Shown here in pieces: positions 50,762-59,135 of a stretch of 64,000 nt of DNA; position 1 is the first letter of the stretch; every line of letters begins with the position of its first letter. The notes under the pieces are model-generated. The model was given only the letters and a program-made list of their open reading frames with translations. It ran no database searches and was not told the DNA's origin. The stretch covers positions 65-64,064 of the forward strand of contig CAZWSG010000009.1 of NCBI GenBank assembly GCA_964636595.1, given 5' to 3'. This stretch comes from an uncultured Nitrosopumilaceae archaeon (GTDB lineage: Archaea; Thermoproteota; Nitrososphaeria; Nitrososphaerales; Nitrosopumilaceae). Made by a program: the position numbers and the translations under genes.

Positions 50762-50810
50762 GATTCTGGTACCTTCACGGGTCATAATTCTCCGTGTTAC
50801 CAGTCGGGAC
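50762..50810. repeat. left terminal inverted repeat
   Basis: GATTCTGGTACCTTCACGGGTCATAATTCTCCGTGTTACCAGTCGGGAC. Confidence 0.9.
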
Positions 50811-50845
50811 AGACGGTTTTCGTCTTTTCCAAGTCTGAAAGAACT

Positions 50846-51196
50846 TTAATCCTTTTTCCTTGTGAATTTTCCTTTGATAAATCCTGCATTTACTTCAAAC
50901 GAGTCCAATTCGAATGGAAATCTGCCTTGCGGTTTCTTGATTTTGAATTTGAACAGATCAATATCACCTTGAAATCCATTGGCTGTGGTGAAACTAATTG
51001 TGCCATTTTTCTTACCACCTTTTTTGTCAAGAATCAGATGAACTGTTCCATTATCTACTACTAATCGTACAGATATCTCACTTCCATGTTCTAGAAATTC
51101 ATCATAGTCAGTCAATTCAGATTTGGCTTTTTTGATTGCCATGAAAGAAAAATGGCTTTCATCTATTAAAACTTCAAAAGCCCCGTAATTGAACAT
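50846..51196 (-). CDS. transposon passenger ORF, 116 aa, no family recognised
   Basis: Clean ORF with a beta-rich, Lys-rich sequence. Confidence 0.4.
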   Translation of the reverse strand: MFNYGAFEVLIDESHFSFMAIKKAKSELTDYDEFLEHGSEISVRLVVDNGTVHLILDKKGGKKNGTISFTTANGFQGDIDLFKFKIKKPQGRFPFELDSFEVNAGFIKGKFTRKKD

Positions 51197-51586
51197 CTAT
51201 CCAAAACACTCCTAAAGTTAACAAGACCTTGTTTTGACACAGATTGACGCAGTTATCCTTCCCATATGATGATAGTCTAATGCTATGAGACACGAGTTGT
51301 TGAGTATGACAAAAACGTGATCTAATATTGATTCTATGAATTTCATATTAGAAATAGTATGTCTTCCTAATTGTTAAATAATAGATATTGTAACCTCACA
51401 TCGTTGTTTGGGATTGTGCCGTACGTCAGGCATTTTAGAACAATGTTAGCTAGTCCTTTTATGCAAATTTCGCCTATTATAAGTATGAACTGTGATGAAC
51501 TACCTCATTCTATGACTTTGGAATTTAGGAATCTAGGATATGTTTATAGGACGAATTTTAATCATGGAGCGTACGGTGTATAAAAA

Positions 51587-51811
51587 ATGATGCGTTTAGG
51601 ACTCACACAAGATGAAGTAATTGCAAAAGAAGTATGTGCCAAGATAACTCGTGTAATGGGTGTAGAACAATTTGGCAATGAGATTGCCATACGAAGTGCA
51701 AAGGAAATTGTTGAAAAAATCAGAACACAAATAGGAAACGAACATCTGGTACAAGCAATAGAAACAGAACTAAAGAATTGTCACACAAACGTTCAATGGC
51801 AATTTGCGTAG
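51587..51811 (+). CDS. transposon passenger ORF, 74 aa, predicted helical, no family recognised
   Basis: ORF MMRLGLTQDEVIAKEV... Confidence 0.35.
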   Translation: MMRLGLTQDEVIAKEVCAKITRVMGVEQFGNEIAIRSAKEIVEKIRTQIGNEHLVQAIETELKNCHTNVQWQFA

Positions 51812-51847
51812 AAATATTTTTTATAATCTTTAATTTTTAATGTTATT

Positions 51848-52351
51848 TTACTGTGAAGATTGATGTTCAATTTTAACTTGTATAGTGTTTGATTCTATCG
51901 TTGTATCAGTAATGTGTCCTACTGCAGATGCTGTAGCTTTGAAACCATGTTGAAAAACAGCGATGAGTCCAAAACAAACTACTATTGCAGTAACACAAAG
52001 CATTGTTAGAACCATTATGGATGCATATGTGTATTGAGAAAGGTCATTGACAAATGCAGACCAAATGACATAGAGATGCAACAAAATTTCACATAATATT
52101 GCTGCGTAGATTATCATACTACATAAAAGTTGATGATTTATTGTAGCACTTGGTTTAAAATTAATTGCAAGAATAGACCCAAAACCTGCAAACCCTATGA
52201 TAGTTGCAGAACTGATCATCACTTCACCGCTTGGTATTTCATTTGAATTGGTATTGTTTGAGGTTGTGTCTGCATAACTCTGTGAAAAGGAGAAACAGAC
52301 AAGCACTAATGTTGAAAATATTATAATTGAATTAATCTTATACAAACTCAT
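51848..52351 (-). CDS. transposon passenger membrane protein (signal/anchor plus about 4 TM helices)
   Basis: MSLYKINSIIIFSTLVLVCFSFSQSYA followed by four hydrophobic segments. Confidence 0.45.
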   Translation of the reverse strand: MSLYKINSIIIFSTLVLVCFSFSQSYADTTSNNTNSNEIPSGEVMISSATIIGFAGFGSILAINFKPSATINHQLLCSMIIYAAILCEILLHLYVIWSAFVNDLSQYTYASIMVLTMLCVTAIVVCFGLIAVFQHGFKATASAVGHITDTTIESNTIQVKIEHQSSQ

Positions 52352-52427
52352 TCACATCTCCAAAATGGAGAAGTTAAACCTTGTGAGTATTTTTGCCAAA
52401 CATACTTGTATTTTGTACCGTAATTGA

Positions 52428-53537
52428 TCATAAACTCGCCCGCTGAATCAAAGTTTTCCACTTGTCTTGTCCCTGAATCTCTATACCACAAGCTTGTGCA
52501 GGTGTCTTACTGTCCAAGCTCATGTGTGGTCTAATGTAGTTATGGTATAGTTGATAGCCATTAATCATGACTGAATCAGGCTTTTTCAAACCCCTGACTA
52601 CTTTCTCTCTGTCTCGAAATTCACCGTTTAGACGTTCCATCTTGTTATTGTTCATGTCGCCTTTGAAGTGAATATGTCGTATGTGTTTTGACTGGGGTTT
52701 TTCCCTAGTGTAAAATTCTTTTGTGAATGCTTCTGCAAAGTTTCTAGCTCCATCGGTAATCAGGATTTCAGGTCTTTTACCAGCTACTTGCTTCGCCTTG
52801 ACGAATAACGGTCTTACATCCTCTGTATACTTGCTATCTGATACCTGTTTTGCTATCCAATAACGAGTTTCGTCATCCATTAGGGCATAAAGATATTTTG
52901 TATTCCCTCTTACTTTGATGAAGATCTCATCAGCTCTCCATGTACTTGACACTTGTGGAGTTATCTGTTCAAGATACTTTTCCATCAATCCAATGTATTT
53001 TTTGATCCACTTGTAGACTGTTTTGTGTGAAATCTCAACGCCTTGTAATCTTAGAAACTTTTGGACATTCCTTAGAGATTCACCAGTAAAGTACAACTGC
53101 ATCGCTGAAGTAATAGTTTGAGGGCTTGATCTCATTCCTTCAAAACCTAGATTGATTGTAAACCGTTTGTTGCAATCTTTACAGGAAAATCTCTGCAAGT
53201 TGCCATACTTGTTGTGTCTTAATCCGTGTTTTACAATTCTGTCAGAATGACATTTTGGACAGATTGAAGTGTTAAGCTGTTCAATTACAACCTGTTTTCG
53301 TTCAACTGTATTTCTTATGGTTAAGCTGATTTCTAGACAGTGTGTATGTTTGCAACAGACTTTGCGATAAATGCTATCAGGACAGGTACAAACCCAGCCT
53401 GATTTTGTGCTAAAGAGGTCATACCAAGTATCAGAACTTTGGGACTTGACCTGATAGTGAAGCTCATCTACTCGCCTGACCTGATCTGGTTTGTCAGCGA
53501 TTTCTTTTCCTTTTGTTTGTCTATTATTTTGTTTCAT
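52428..53537 (-). CDS. IS6-family-like DDE transposase with N-terminal SWIM zinc finger and zinc ribbon
   Basis: CTCPDSIYRKVCCKHTHC (CxC...CxH) and CPKCHS...CKDCNKRF. DDE core: WRADEIFIKVRGNTKYLYALMDD, ILITDGARNF, NNKMERLNGEFRDRE, YNYIRPHMSL. These resemble IS26/IS6 signatures. Confidence 0.75.
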   Translation of the reverse strand: MKQNNRQTKGKEIADKPDQVRRVDELHYQVKSQSSDTWYDLFSTKSGWVCTCPDSIYRKVCCKHTHCLEISLTIRNTVERKQVVIEQLNTSICPKCHSDRIVKHGLRHNKYGNLQRFSCKDCNKRFTINLGFEGMRSSPQTITSAMQLYFTGESLRNVQKFLRLQGVEISHKTVYKWIKKYIGLMEKYLEQITPQVSSTWRADEIFIKVRGNTKYLYALMDDETRYWIAKQVSDSKYTEDVRPLFVKAKQVAGKRPEILITDGARNFAEAFTKEFYTREKPQSKHIRHIHFKGDMNNNKMERLNGEFRDREKVVRGLKKPDSVMINGYQLYHNYIRPHMSLDSKTPAQACGIEIQGQDKWKTLIQRASL

Positions 53538-53538
53538 T

Positions 53539-53588
53539 TTCGGTACCTAATATTAGGTACCTAATAATATAAACTTTTAGGTACCGAA
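53539..53588. promoter_or_regulatory. operator-like array of three GGTACC-centred 12-mers in the divergent tnp/abrB promoter region
   Basis: TTCGGTACCTAA (53539-53550), palindromic TTAGGTACCTAA (53553-53564) and TTAGGTACCGAA (53577-53588). The 20-bp stretch GGTACCTAATATTAGGTACC (53542-53561) is a perfect palindrome. Confidence 0.6.
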
Positions 53589-53619
53589 GATTTATCTAAG
53601 TGTCTGACATAGGAATAAT

Positions 53620-53790
53620 GTGAAATTACAAAAACAATCATCAAGAAAATATAATGAAAAAGAATATGAAAAATGGGTTGTTGTCATACCGACTGAAAAG
53701 ATCAAAGAATCAGGTTGGAAAGCAGGTGAAGAATTAGAAGTGGACTTTAAAGGAGATAAACTACTAATAAAACGTAAAAGCTCCAATTAA
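53620..53790 (+). CDS. AbrB/SpoVT-family DNA-binding protein (56 aa)
   Basis: Own translation from GTG 53620: MKLQKQSSRKYNEKEYEKWVVVIPTEKIKESGWKAGEELEVDFKGDKLLIKRKSSN. This fits the AbrB looped-hinge pattern (vvIP.e.i...g.k.Gd.lev...gdkiiik). Below the track length cut-off. Confidence 0.55.
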   Translation: MKLQKQSSRKYNEKEYEKWVVVIPTEKIKESGWKAGEELEVDFKGDKLLIKRKSSN

Positions 53791-54528
53791 TTATTTAGTT
53801 TGCTTTTGTTTTGATATAAATCCATTTAGAAAAGATGTAAGTTTTTCATATGATTCTATTGCTTCAATTCTTATCTTCTCACTATCTTCCTCACTTGCCA
53901 TGTGAATATCGCCATCAAAAGGAATGTACCAAATCTGTGCAACAGAATCTACAGATTTGTCCATTCCCTGCATAAAAATTGTATATATGATGGTTTTTGC
54001 AAGTACGGCTGTTTCTCTCATAGTTTTACCACTGTGCCATGCAGTTTTTAGAAATAATGAACCATATGGTTCACCATGACCAATAGCAAGGAATGTTGTT
54101 ATTTCCTCAGAAATTCCAGTACTTGTGACATGATAAAGTTCAGCAGTATTCTGTGAGTTCTTTATTGCCATTAGAATCTCAAGTGAATCACCATGTACCC
54201 TGTCCTTGTATCTTTCATTTAGATGCAAACTCAAATCTTCTACAACATTGATCAGTTCATCCAATGATTTGATCTGTTTACTCTCAACATGTTCTGCTAC
54301 CTGTTTTAAGAATTTCAAAAATACTCCTGTAATTCCAGCTGCACCGATTACTGCATTTGGCATAGCTTGGAATATTTTATCACCTTTCTCCTCATTATTA
54401 TCTCGCAAGATTTGACTATCACTAACAAGTATTATTCCATCTTTACAAGTCGCACCCAAAATATAGGTCAAATCTCGTTTCTTATTATTTCGGTACCTAA
54501 TAAAATGATCCTTGTTTACACTAATCAT
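53791..54528 (-). CDS. stand-alone proteasome beta-subunit/HslV-like Ntn threonine hydrolase
   Basis: TYILGATCKDGIILVSDSQILRDNNEEKGDKIFQA...IGAAGITG aligns to archaeal beta TTTVGIxCKDGVVLAADxR...KKIxKI...AGxxGD (Thr1, Asp17 and a Lys33 equivalent present). AIGHGEPYG sits where GSGS is normally found. An alternative TTG start at 54471 lies directly before the Thr codon. Confidence 0.65.
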   Translation of the reverse strand: MISVNKDHFIRYRNNKKRDLTYILGATCKDGIILVSDSQILRDNNEEKGDKIFQAMPNAVIGAAGITGVFLKFLKQVAEHVESKQIKSLDELINVVEDLSLHLNERYKDRVHGDSLEILMAIKNSQNTAELYHVTSTGISEEITTFLAIGHGEPYGSLFLKTAWHSGKTMRETAVLAKTIIYTIFMQGMDKSVDSVAQIWYIPFDGDIHMASEEDSEKIRIEAIESYEKLTSFLNGFISKQKQTK

Positions 54529-54538
54529 TGAAAATCAT

Positions 54539-54587
54539 GTCCCGACTGGTAACACGGAGAATTATGACCCGTGAAGGTACCAGAATC
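54539..54587. repeat. right terminal inverted repeat
   Basis: Exact reverse complement of 50762-50810. Confidence 0.9.
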
Positions 54588-54630
54588 AAATTAGAATATC
54601 GATAAATATCATAACAATCTCTGATACCTG

Positions 54631-56682
54631 TTGAATAACCAAAAAACGGTATGTATTATTTTTGTTGTAATAGTATGTTCTATCTTTTCTCAGGCAGCAT
54701 ATGCTGCAAATACCTTGATTGCAACAATTCCAGCTGTTGGTTTACATCCTCGGGGTATGGCATACGACTCTGCCAAGGGAGAAATTTTTGTGGCAAATAT
54801 TGGAGACAACACCGTATCCATAATAGATGACACCACAAATACCGTAATTACAACAATTCCAGTAGGTTTACGTGCTTTTGGAGTAGCATACGACTCTGTC
54901 AAGGGAGAAATTTTTGTGACAAACCAAGGTGACAACACCGTATCCATAATAGATGACACCACAAATACTGTAATTGCAACAATTCTAGTCGGCACATCTC
55001 CGGAAGGAGTAGCATACGACTCTGCCAAGGGAGAAATTTTTGTGACAAATTTTGTTAGTAATTCTGTATCAGTAATAGATGACACCACAAATACTATAAT
55101 TGCAACAATTCCAGTCGGCACATCTCCAGGCGGCGCAGCATACGACTCTGCCAAGGGAGAGATTTTTGTGACAAACGAAGCTGACAACACTGTATCAGTA
55201 ATAGATGATGCCACAAATACCGTAATTGCAACAATTCCAGTCGGCGCAGCTCCAGAAGGAGTAGCATACGACTCTGCCAAGGGAGAGATTTTTGTGACAA
55301 ACGAAGCTGACAACACAGTATCCATAATAGATGACGCCACCAATACCATAATTGCAACAATTCCAGTCGGCACATCTCCAGGCGGCGCAGCATACGACTC
55401 TACCAAGGGAGAGATTTTTGTAACAAATGCAAGTTCTGGTACCGTATCCATAATAGATGATTCCACCAATACTGTAGTTGCAACAGTTACAGTCAGTACA
55501 GGTCCAGTCGGGGTAACATACGACTCTGCCAAGGGAGAGATTTTTGTGGCAAATCTGGTGTCTGACAATGTATCAGTAATAGATGATGGCTCATCATCCT
55601 CATCTCCAGGCGGACATGATGTAACAATTTACAACCCACCAAGTCTTGGAAACGATTACCACTTCAAGTATGGTGGAGGGGTATCAATCAACGGAAAACC
55701 ATTTGACATCAAAACATATCACAGCATAATTCCACAGCAGGTGCTTTCAATATACAAGCAAGCAGTATTTAATTTCACAATATATGACGAAAGAGGCGGA
55801 AACACCGTATCCCATGTTGGACTGTACCTTCACTTCAAGGGAGGCGTGGCAGCATCAAACGCAGACACGTGGATATCTTGGGACAAGCACAGTGGAGTTC
55901 AAGTACACGATCCAAACAAAATATTCTCTAGTGCAAATGTCACCACAACAACAGACACAAACTATCGCTATGCTACATTTACCGTAACACCACAAAAGAC
56001 AATGCCTGATTCTTCACTTGTAATGAGAATGTGGGATGACAAGCTTGCATCAGGTGACATTCCAATATGGGGAGCTATCATAATCGTTGATCCAAACGCA
56101 CCAGTACCGGTACAAAAGATACCAGACAACCAGTATGATGACTATGTCACACTAGAAAACATTCTAGATAAAGACGGATATGACATCCCATCACTTTTAC
56201 ACAAACAGTATGCAATGCAGGAAACCTATTCTTCAGTTGACATCAACTGGGTGTATGACAAGGGTACTGATAAGCTGACAATGATTGAAAGCGACAAGTC
56301 AGGAAATGTAATTGGTGATGTGGTGTATGATTTATTCAAAAAATCAGACCTGCCAACAGTCTCAGACCATGATTATGCGTACATTCCACAACAATTGAAC
56401 CGAGATGATATTACCAGTGAACAGGCAGCAATGCAAACTGAGGCAGTAAAGGCACAAAATTATCTTACGCAAACTGATTATCTGGGTTCCAGCATTCCAA
56501 ATTTCACACCATCAGGTGATGCAGTTCCAATACTTGATGGTTATACAAACTCCAAGACAACACAGCTGTACCATGATTCGTCTAATGAGAACACTGCAAT
56601 GAAATCCGAGGCAGACAAGGCAGAGAATCTAGTTGCAAGTCTTGGACTGGTACGACAAAACAATTTTGAGAATTTAAAATAA
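54631..56682 (+). CDS. secreted protein with a seven-bladed YVTN-type beta-propeller and a C-terminal domain of about 360 aa
   Basis: Signal-like VCIIFVVIVCSIFSQAAYA, then seven 42-aa repeats: ATIPVGxxPxGxAYDSAKGEIFVTNxxxNTVSxIDDxTNTV. Confidence 0.75.
   Translation: MNNQKTVCIIFVVIVCSIFSQAAYAANTLIATIPAVGLHPRGMAYDSAKGEIFVANIGDNTVSIIDDTTNTVITTIPVGLRAFGVAYDSVKGEIFVTNQGDNTVSIIDDTTNTVIATILVGTSPEGVAYDSAKGEIFVTNFVSNSVSVIDDTTNTIIATIPVGTSPGGAAYDSAKGEIFVTNEADNTVSVIDDATNTVIATIPVGAAPEGVAYDSAKGEIFVTNEADNTVSIIDDATNTIIATIPVGTSPGGAAYDSTKGEIFVTNASSGTVSIIDDSTNTVVATVTVSTGPVGVTYDSAKGEIFVANLVSDNVSVIDDGSSSSSPGGHDVTIYNPPSLGNDYHFKYGGGVSINGKPFDIKTYHSIIPQQVLSIYKQAVFNFTIYDERGGNTVSHVGLYLHFKGGVAASNADTWISWDKHSGVQVHDPNKIFSSANVTTTTDTNYRYATFTVTPQKTMPDSSLVMRMWDDKLASGDIPIWGAIIIVDPNAPVPVQKIPDNQYDDYVTLENILDKDGYDIPSLLHKQYAMQETYSSVDINWVYDKGTDKLTMIESDKSGNVIGDVVYDLFKKSDLPTVSDHDYAYIPQQLNRDDITSEQAAMQTEAVKAQNYLTQTDYLGSSIPNFTPSGDAVPILDGYTNSKTTQLYHDSSNENTAMKSEADKAENLVASLGLVRQNNFENLK
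54715..55590. repeat. seven 126-bp coding tandem repeats (YVTN blades), several with high nucleotide identity
   Basis: GATGACACCACAAAT recurs at 54826 and 54952 (spacing 126). The blades beginning near 55081 and 55333 are nearly identical. Confidence 0.85.
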
Positions 56683-56788
56683 AAACGTCAAAAGGTAAAT
56701 TGTACAACTGACTGGTACAATTACAAGTTCACAGTCTTTGTCCATTTACGAATCAAAATCATAAATATGCACATATTTACCATGTTCA

Positions 56789-58264
56789 GTGCCAGTGCAA
56801 AAAGTAGGGGTTTATGTTATCACAAACAGGGAACACCCAAAATTCCCTGAATGTCAAAATGCCATAAAACGCGAGATGGGCAATTTTCCATTCTTCATTA
56901 TACGTGATGGCACCACAAGGGCAGAAGGTCGTCAGATATGTATCAATGATGCACGCAAAAGGGGATTTGATTGGATATGTTTTGTCGATGATGATTTTGT
57001 GCTAAATGAGGGCTGGTGGGATGACGTATCGCAATACATGGACGATCCAAATGTTGGCATGATTTGGGGAATGAATTGGGACCATGATGATTCAAGGAAA
57101 AACTGGATAAACTATCTGCACTCTGTAACTATTCCAAACCTTGACATACGCGCACTAGTCAAGCGCAAACTTGACAAAAAGTATGATGTATGGTACCAAA
57201 AAACACATCCACCTAGAAAGGTCTCAAGATTTGATTATCCAGAATACCTAAAACATGAATTTGAACAGCGAGGGGCCACACATGATACATTGATCCGACT
57301 GGATGCTATACCCAAGTGGGTATCTATACCAAAGGCACTTCATGTATACGAAGACAAGTTTCTAAAACAAATAGCAGAGATCTCAGGCTTCAAGTGCATA
57401 GTAACCCAGACTGGTGGCATCCATTATGACATGACAAGATGGGATGGAAAATCAATAATGGACCAGTTTGATTATAACAAGATGTTTTATCATATGTCCG
57501 CAAGACGCAAAACAAGGGTATCATCACTGCTTCTTTCACCACTGGCGTTTTATTTTAGATACCGGTCCACTGGAAGTATCAGTACAGCACTTTATTTCTG
57601 GTGGTACCATTATGTCCTCTATAACCTTGCGTGCATCTTCTTGCAACCTCCAGTCTACAATTTAGATCCAGAGCCAATCAACATGATGCTCATGATGTTT
57701 GAGGGAAAAACATGCTATGACATTGGTGCCAATATGGGTTACACTTCTCTTATTCTGAGCAAAAATTTTGAGAATATCTATTCCTTTGAGCCTTCTTTGG
57801 CATACAAAAAATTAAAAAAAAATGTCTCTGGAAACAAGAAAATTCACACTTTTAACATTGCAATCAGCGACCATGATGGAAAACTAGTCATGGTAAAAAG
57901 GGAAATTCCTTGGAGGTCAGGTCAATTGGTTGCAGATGGAGGAACAATAGATGATGGGTGGGGTAAACTAATTGAAAAGGTTACCATGGATTGTAAAAAA
58001 ATAGACAGTATGGACATGCCAAAACCTGATTTTATAAAAATTGATGTTGAGGGGTTTGAGCTTGACGTGATACGTGGTACACTGGAAACCATTCAAAAAC
58101 ACAAGCCCAGTATTTTCATCGAGATACATTCGTATGCTCTAGGATCCGAGATCAAAAATATTTTGAGTCCTCTTTATCAAATTCATCACGTGAGTCATCC
58201 ACATTATGCAGAAGATGCCAAAATTAAAAAAGAGCATTATTTTCTTTTCTGCATTCCAAAATAA
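56789..58264 (+). CDS. fusion protein: GT-A/GT2-like N-terminal domain, hydrophobic linker, FkbM-family methyltransferase C-terminal domain
   Basis: N-terminus: GFDWICFVDDDFVL (DxD). Middle: LLLSPLAFYF ... YHYVLYNLACIFL. C-terminus: CYDIGANMGYTSLILS ... FIKIDVEGFELDVIRG (FkbM motifs). Confidence 0.6.
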   Translation: MPVQKVGVYVITNREHPKFPECQNAIKREMGNFPFFIIRDGTTRAEGRQICINDARKRGFDWICFVDDDFVLNEGWWDDVSQYMDDPNVGMIWGMNWDHDDSRKNWINYLHSVTIPNLDIRALVKRKLDKKYDVWYQKTHPPRKVSRFDYPEYLKHEFEQRGATHDTLIRLDAIPKWVSIPKALHVYEDKFLKQIAEISGFKCIVTQTGGIHYDMTRWDGKSIMDQFDYNKMFYHMSARRKTRVSSLLLSPLAFYFRYRSTGSISTALYFWWYHYVLYNLACIFLQPPVYNLDPEPINMMLMMFEGKTCYDIGANMGYTSLILSKNFENIYSFEPSLAYKKLKKNVSGNKKIHTFNIAISDHDGKLVMVKREIPWRSGQLVADGGTIDDGWGKLIEKVTMDCKKIDSMDMPKPDFIKIDVEGFELDVIRGTLETIQKHKPSIFIEIHSYALGSEIKNILSPLYQIHHVSHPHYAEDAKIKKEHYFLFCIPK

Positions 58265-58443
58265 TCCTAAACAGACTTGTGAAATGAATATCTTGGCATA
58301 GTGGCCCATCAAGAAATACCTAAAGGAATACAAAAGATCCAAGTTTCATCTCTTGAAGATTGATAATTTCTCGTGTCTTTATTCTGCTAAAACTTAATAC
58401 CGTCTCAGTAATACTTAAACAGTAATACCGCGTAATATTACAT

Positions 58444-58668
58444 ATGAGTACAGTAGTTTCAGCAAAGATACCAAAGAAACTAAAGGAAAAGGCAACTCGT
58501 TATGGCATAGAAATAAGCCGTACTGTAAGGGATGCACTTGAAGAAAAAATAAAGGTGATCGAGGAAAAAGAACTGGCCAAGAACATGGATGAACTACGAT
58601 CAACACTTGCACATTTGAAAAAAAATGACATTGTAAAGGCTGTAAGGGCATCAAGAAATGAAAGATAG
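58444..58668 (+). CDS. vapB: VapB-like antitoxin (RHH/CopG-like)
   Basis: VSAKIPKKLKEKATRYGIEISRTVRDALEEKI. Overlaps the downstream PIN gene by 11 nt. Confidence 0.6.
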   Translation: MSTVVSAKIPKKLKEKATRYGIEISRTVRDALEEKIKVIEEKELAKNMDELRSTLAHLKKNDIVKAVRASRNER

Positions 58669-59068
58669 ACTCTATGATACAAGTGCCTTGTTTAATATCA
58701 TGATAAAAGATGGCTCTGGTGCGTCAAAGATTCTAAGATCACAGAACATTTTAGATCTGACTGCATATGAGCTGGGAAATGCCATCTGGAAGCTTGCATA
58801 TTTGCAAAAAAAGATCACACACCAGCAAGCATGCAAGATATTGGAATCATTTCTACTTTTACGCCAGACTATGCGCGTATTAGAAATTACTGGAATGGAA
58901 GAGGAAATAAAAAATCTTTCAATTGATACAGGCCTGACTTTTTATGATTCGGCATATGTTGTAGCTGCCAAACAAACAGGACTTGTACTTGTAACAGATG
59001 ATGCTTCTCTTGCCAAGATTGCTGCAAAACATCTTACTGTTGTGGATTCAGACAAGTCCTTGAAATAG
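58658..59068 (+). CDS. vapC: PIN-domain toxin VapC
   Basis: LYDTSALFNI ... YELGNAIWK ... FYDSAYVVAAKQTGLVLVTDD carries the acidic PIN residues. Confidence 0.75.
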   Translation: MKDRLYDTSALFNIMIKDGSGASKILRSQNILDLTAYELGNAIWKLAYLQKKITHQQACKILESFLLLRQTMRVLEITGMEEEIKNLSIDTGLTFYDSAYVVAAKQTGLVLVTDDASLAKIAAKHLTVVDSDKSLK

Positions 59069-59135
59069 GCTTTAGGGTAAATAAATTGAAATTGCCAAAA
59101 CATCTAATTCGAACATACCTCTGAGACCTAGCAAA

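Larger units (their letters stand above)
50762..54587. mobile_element. 3,826-bp cargo-carrying transposon with an IS6-like transposase, 49-bp perfect TIRs and an 8-bp TSD
   Basis: 50762-50810 is the exact reverse complement of 54539-54587 (49/49, checked base by base). Both ends are flanked by a direct AAATTAGA (50754-50761 and 54588-54595). Confidence 0.85.

Noticed and set aside
50285-51064. ORFs 50285-50785 (-) and 50741-51064 (+)
   Set aside because: The first is antisense to cysC copy 2. The second reads straight through the left TIR of the transposon and overlaps the better 116-aa minus-strand ORF.
51260-51330. C/D-box sRNA (UGAUGA at about 51266) in the transposon spacer
   Set aside because: No matching CUGA D or D' boxes at the expected spacing and no terminal stem.
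54690-55568. 292-aa antisense ORF across the YVTN repeats
   Set aside because: Its openness is explained by the periodic repeat on the sense strand. The sense product has a signal peptide and a recognisable propeller motif.
56698-56722. Hairpin AATTGTA-N11-TACAATT after the propeller gene, considered as a terminator
   Set aside because: It is a 7-bp all-weak stem in AT-rich DNA, which is easily expected by chance.
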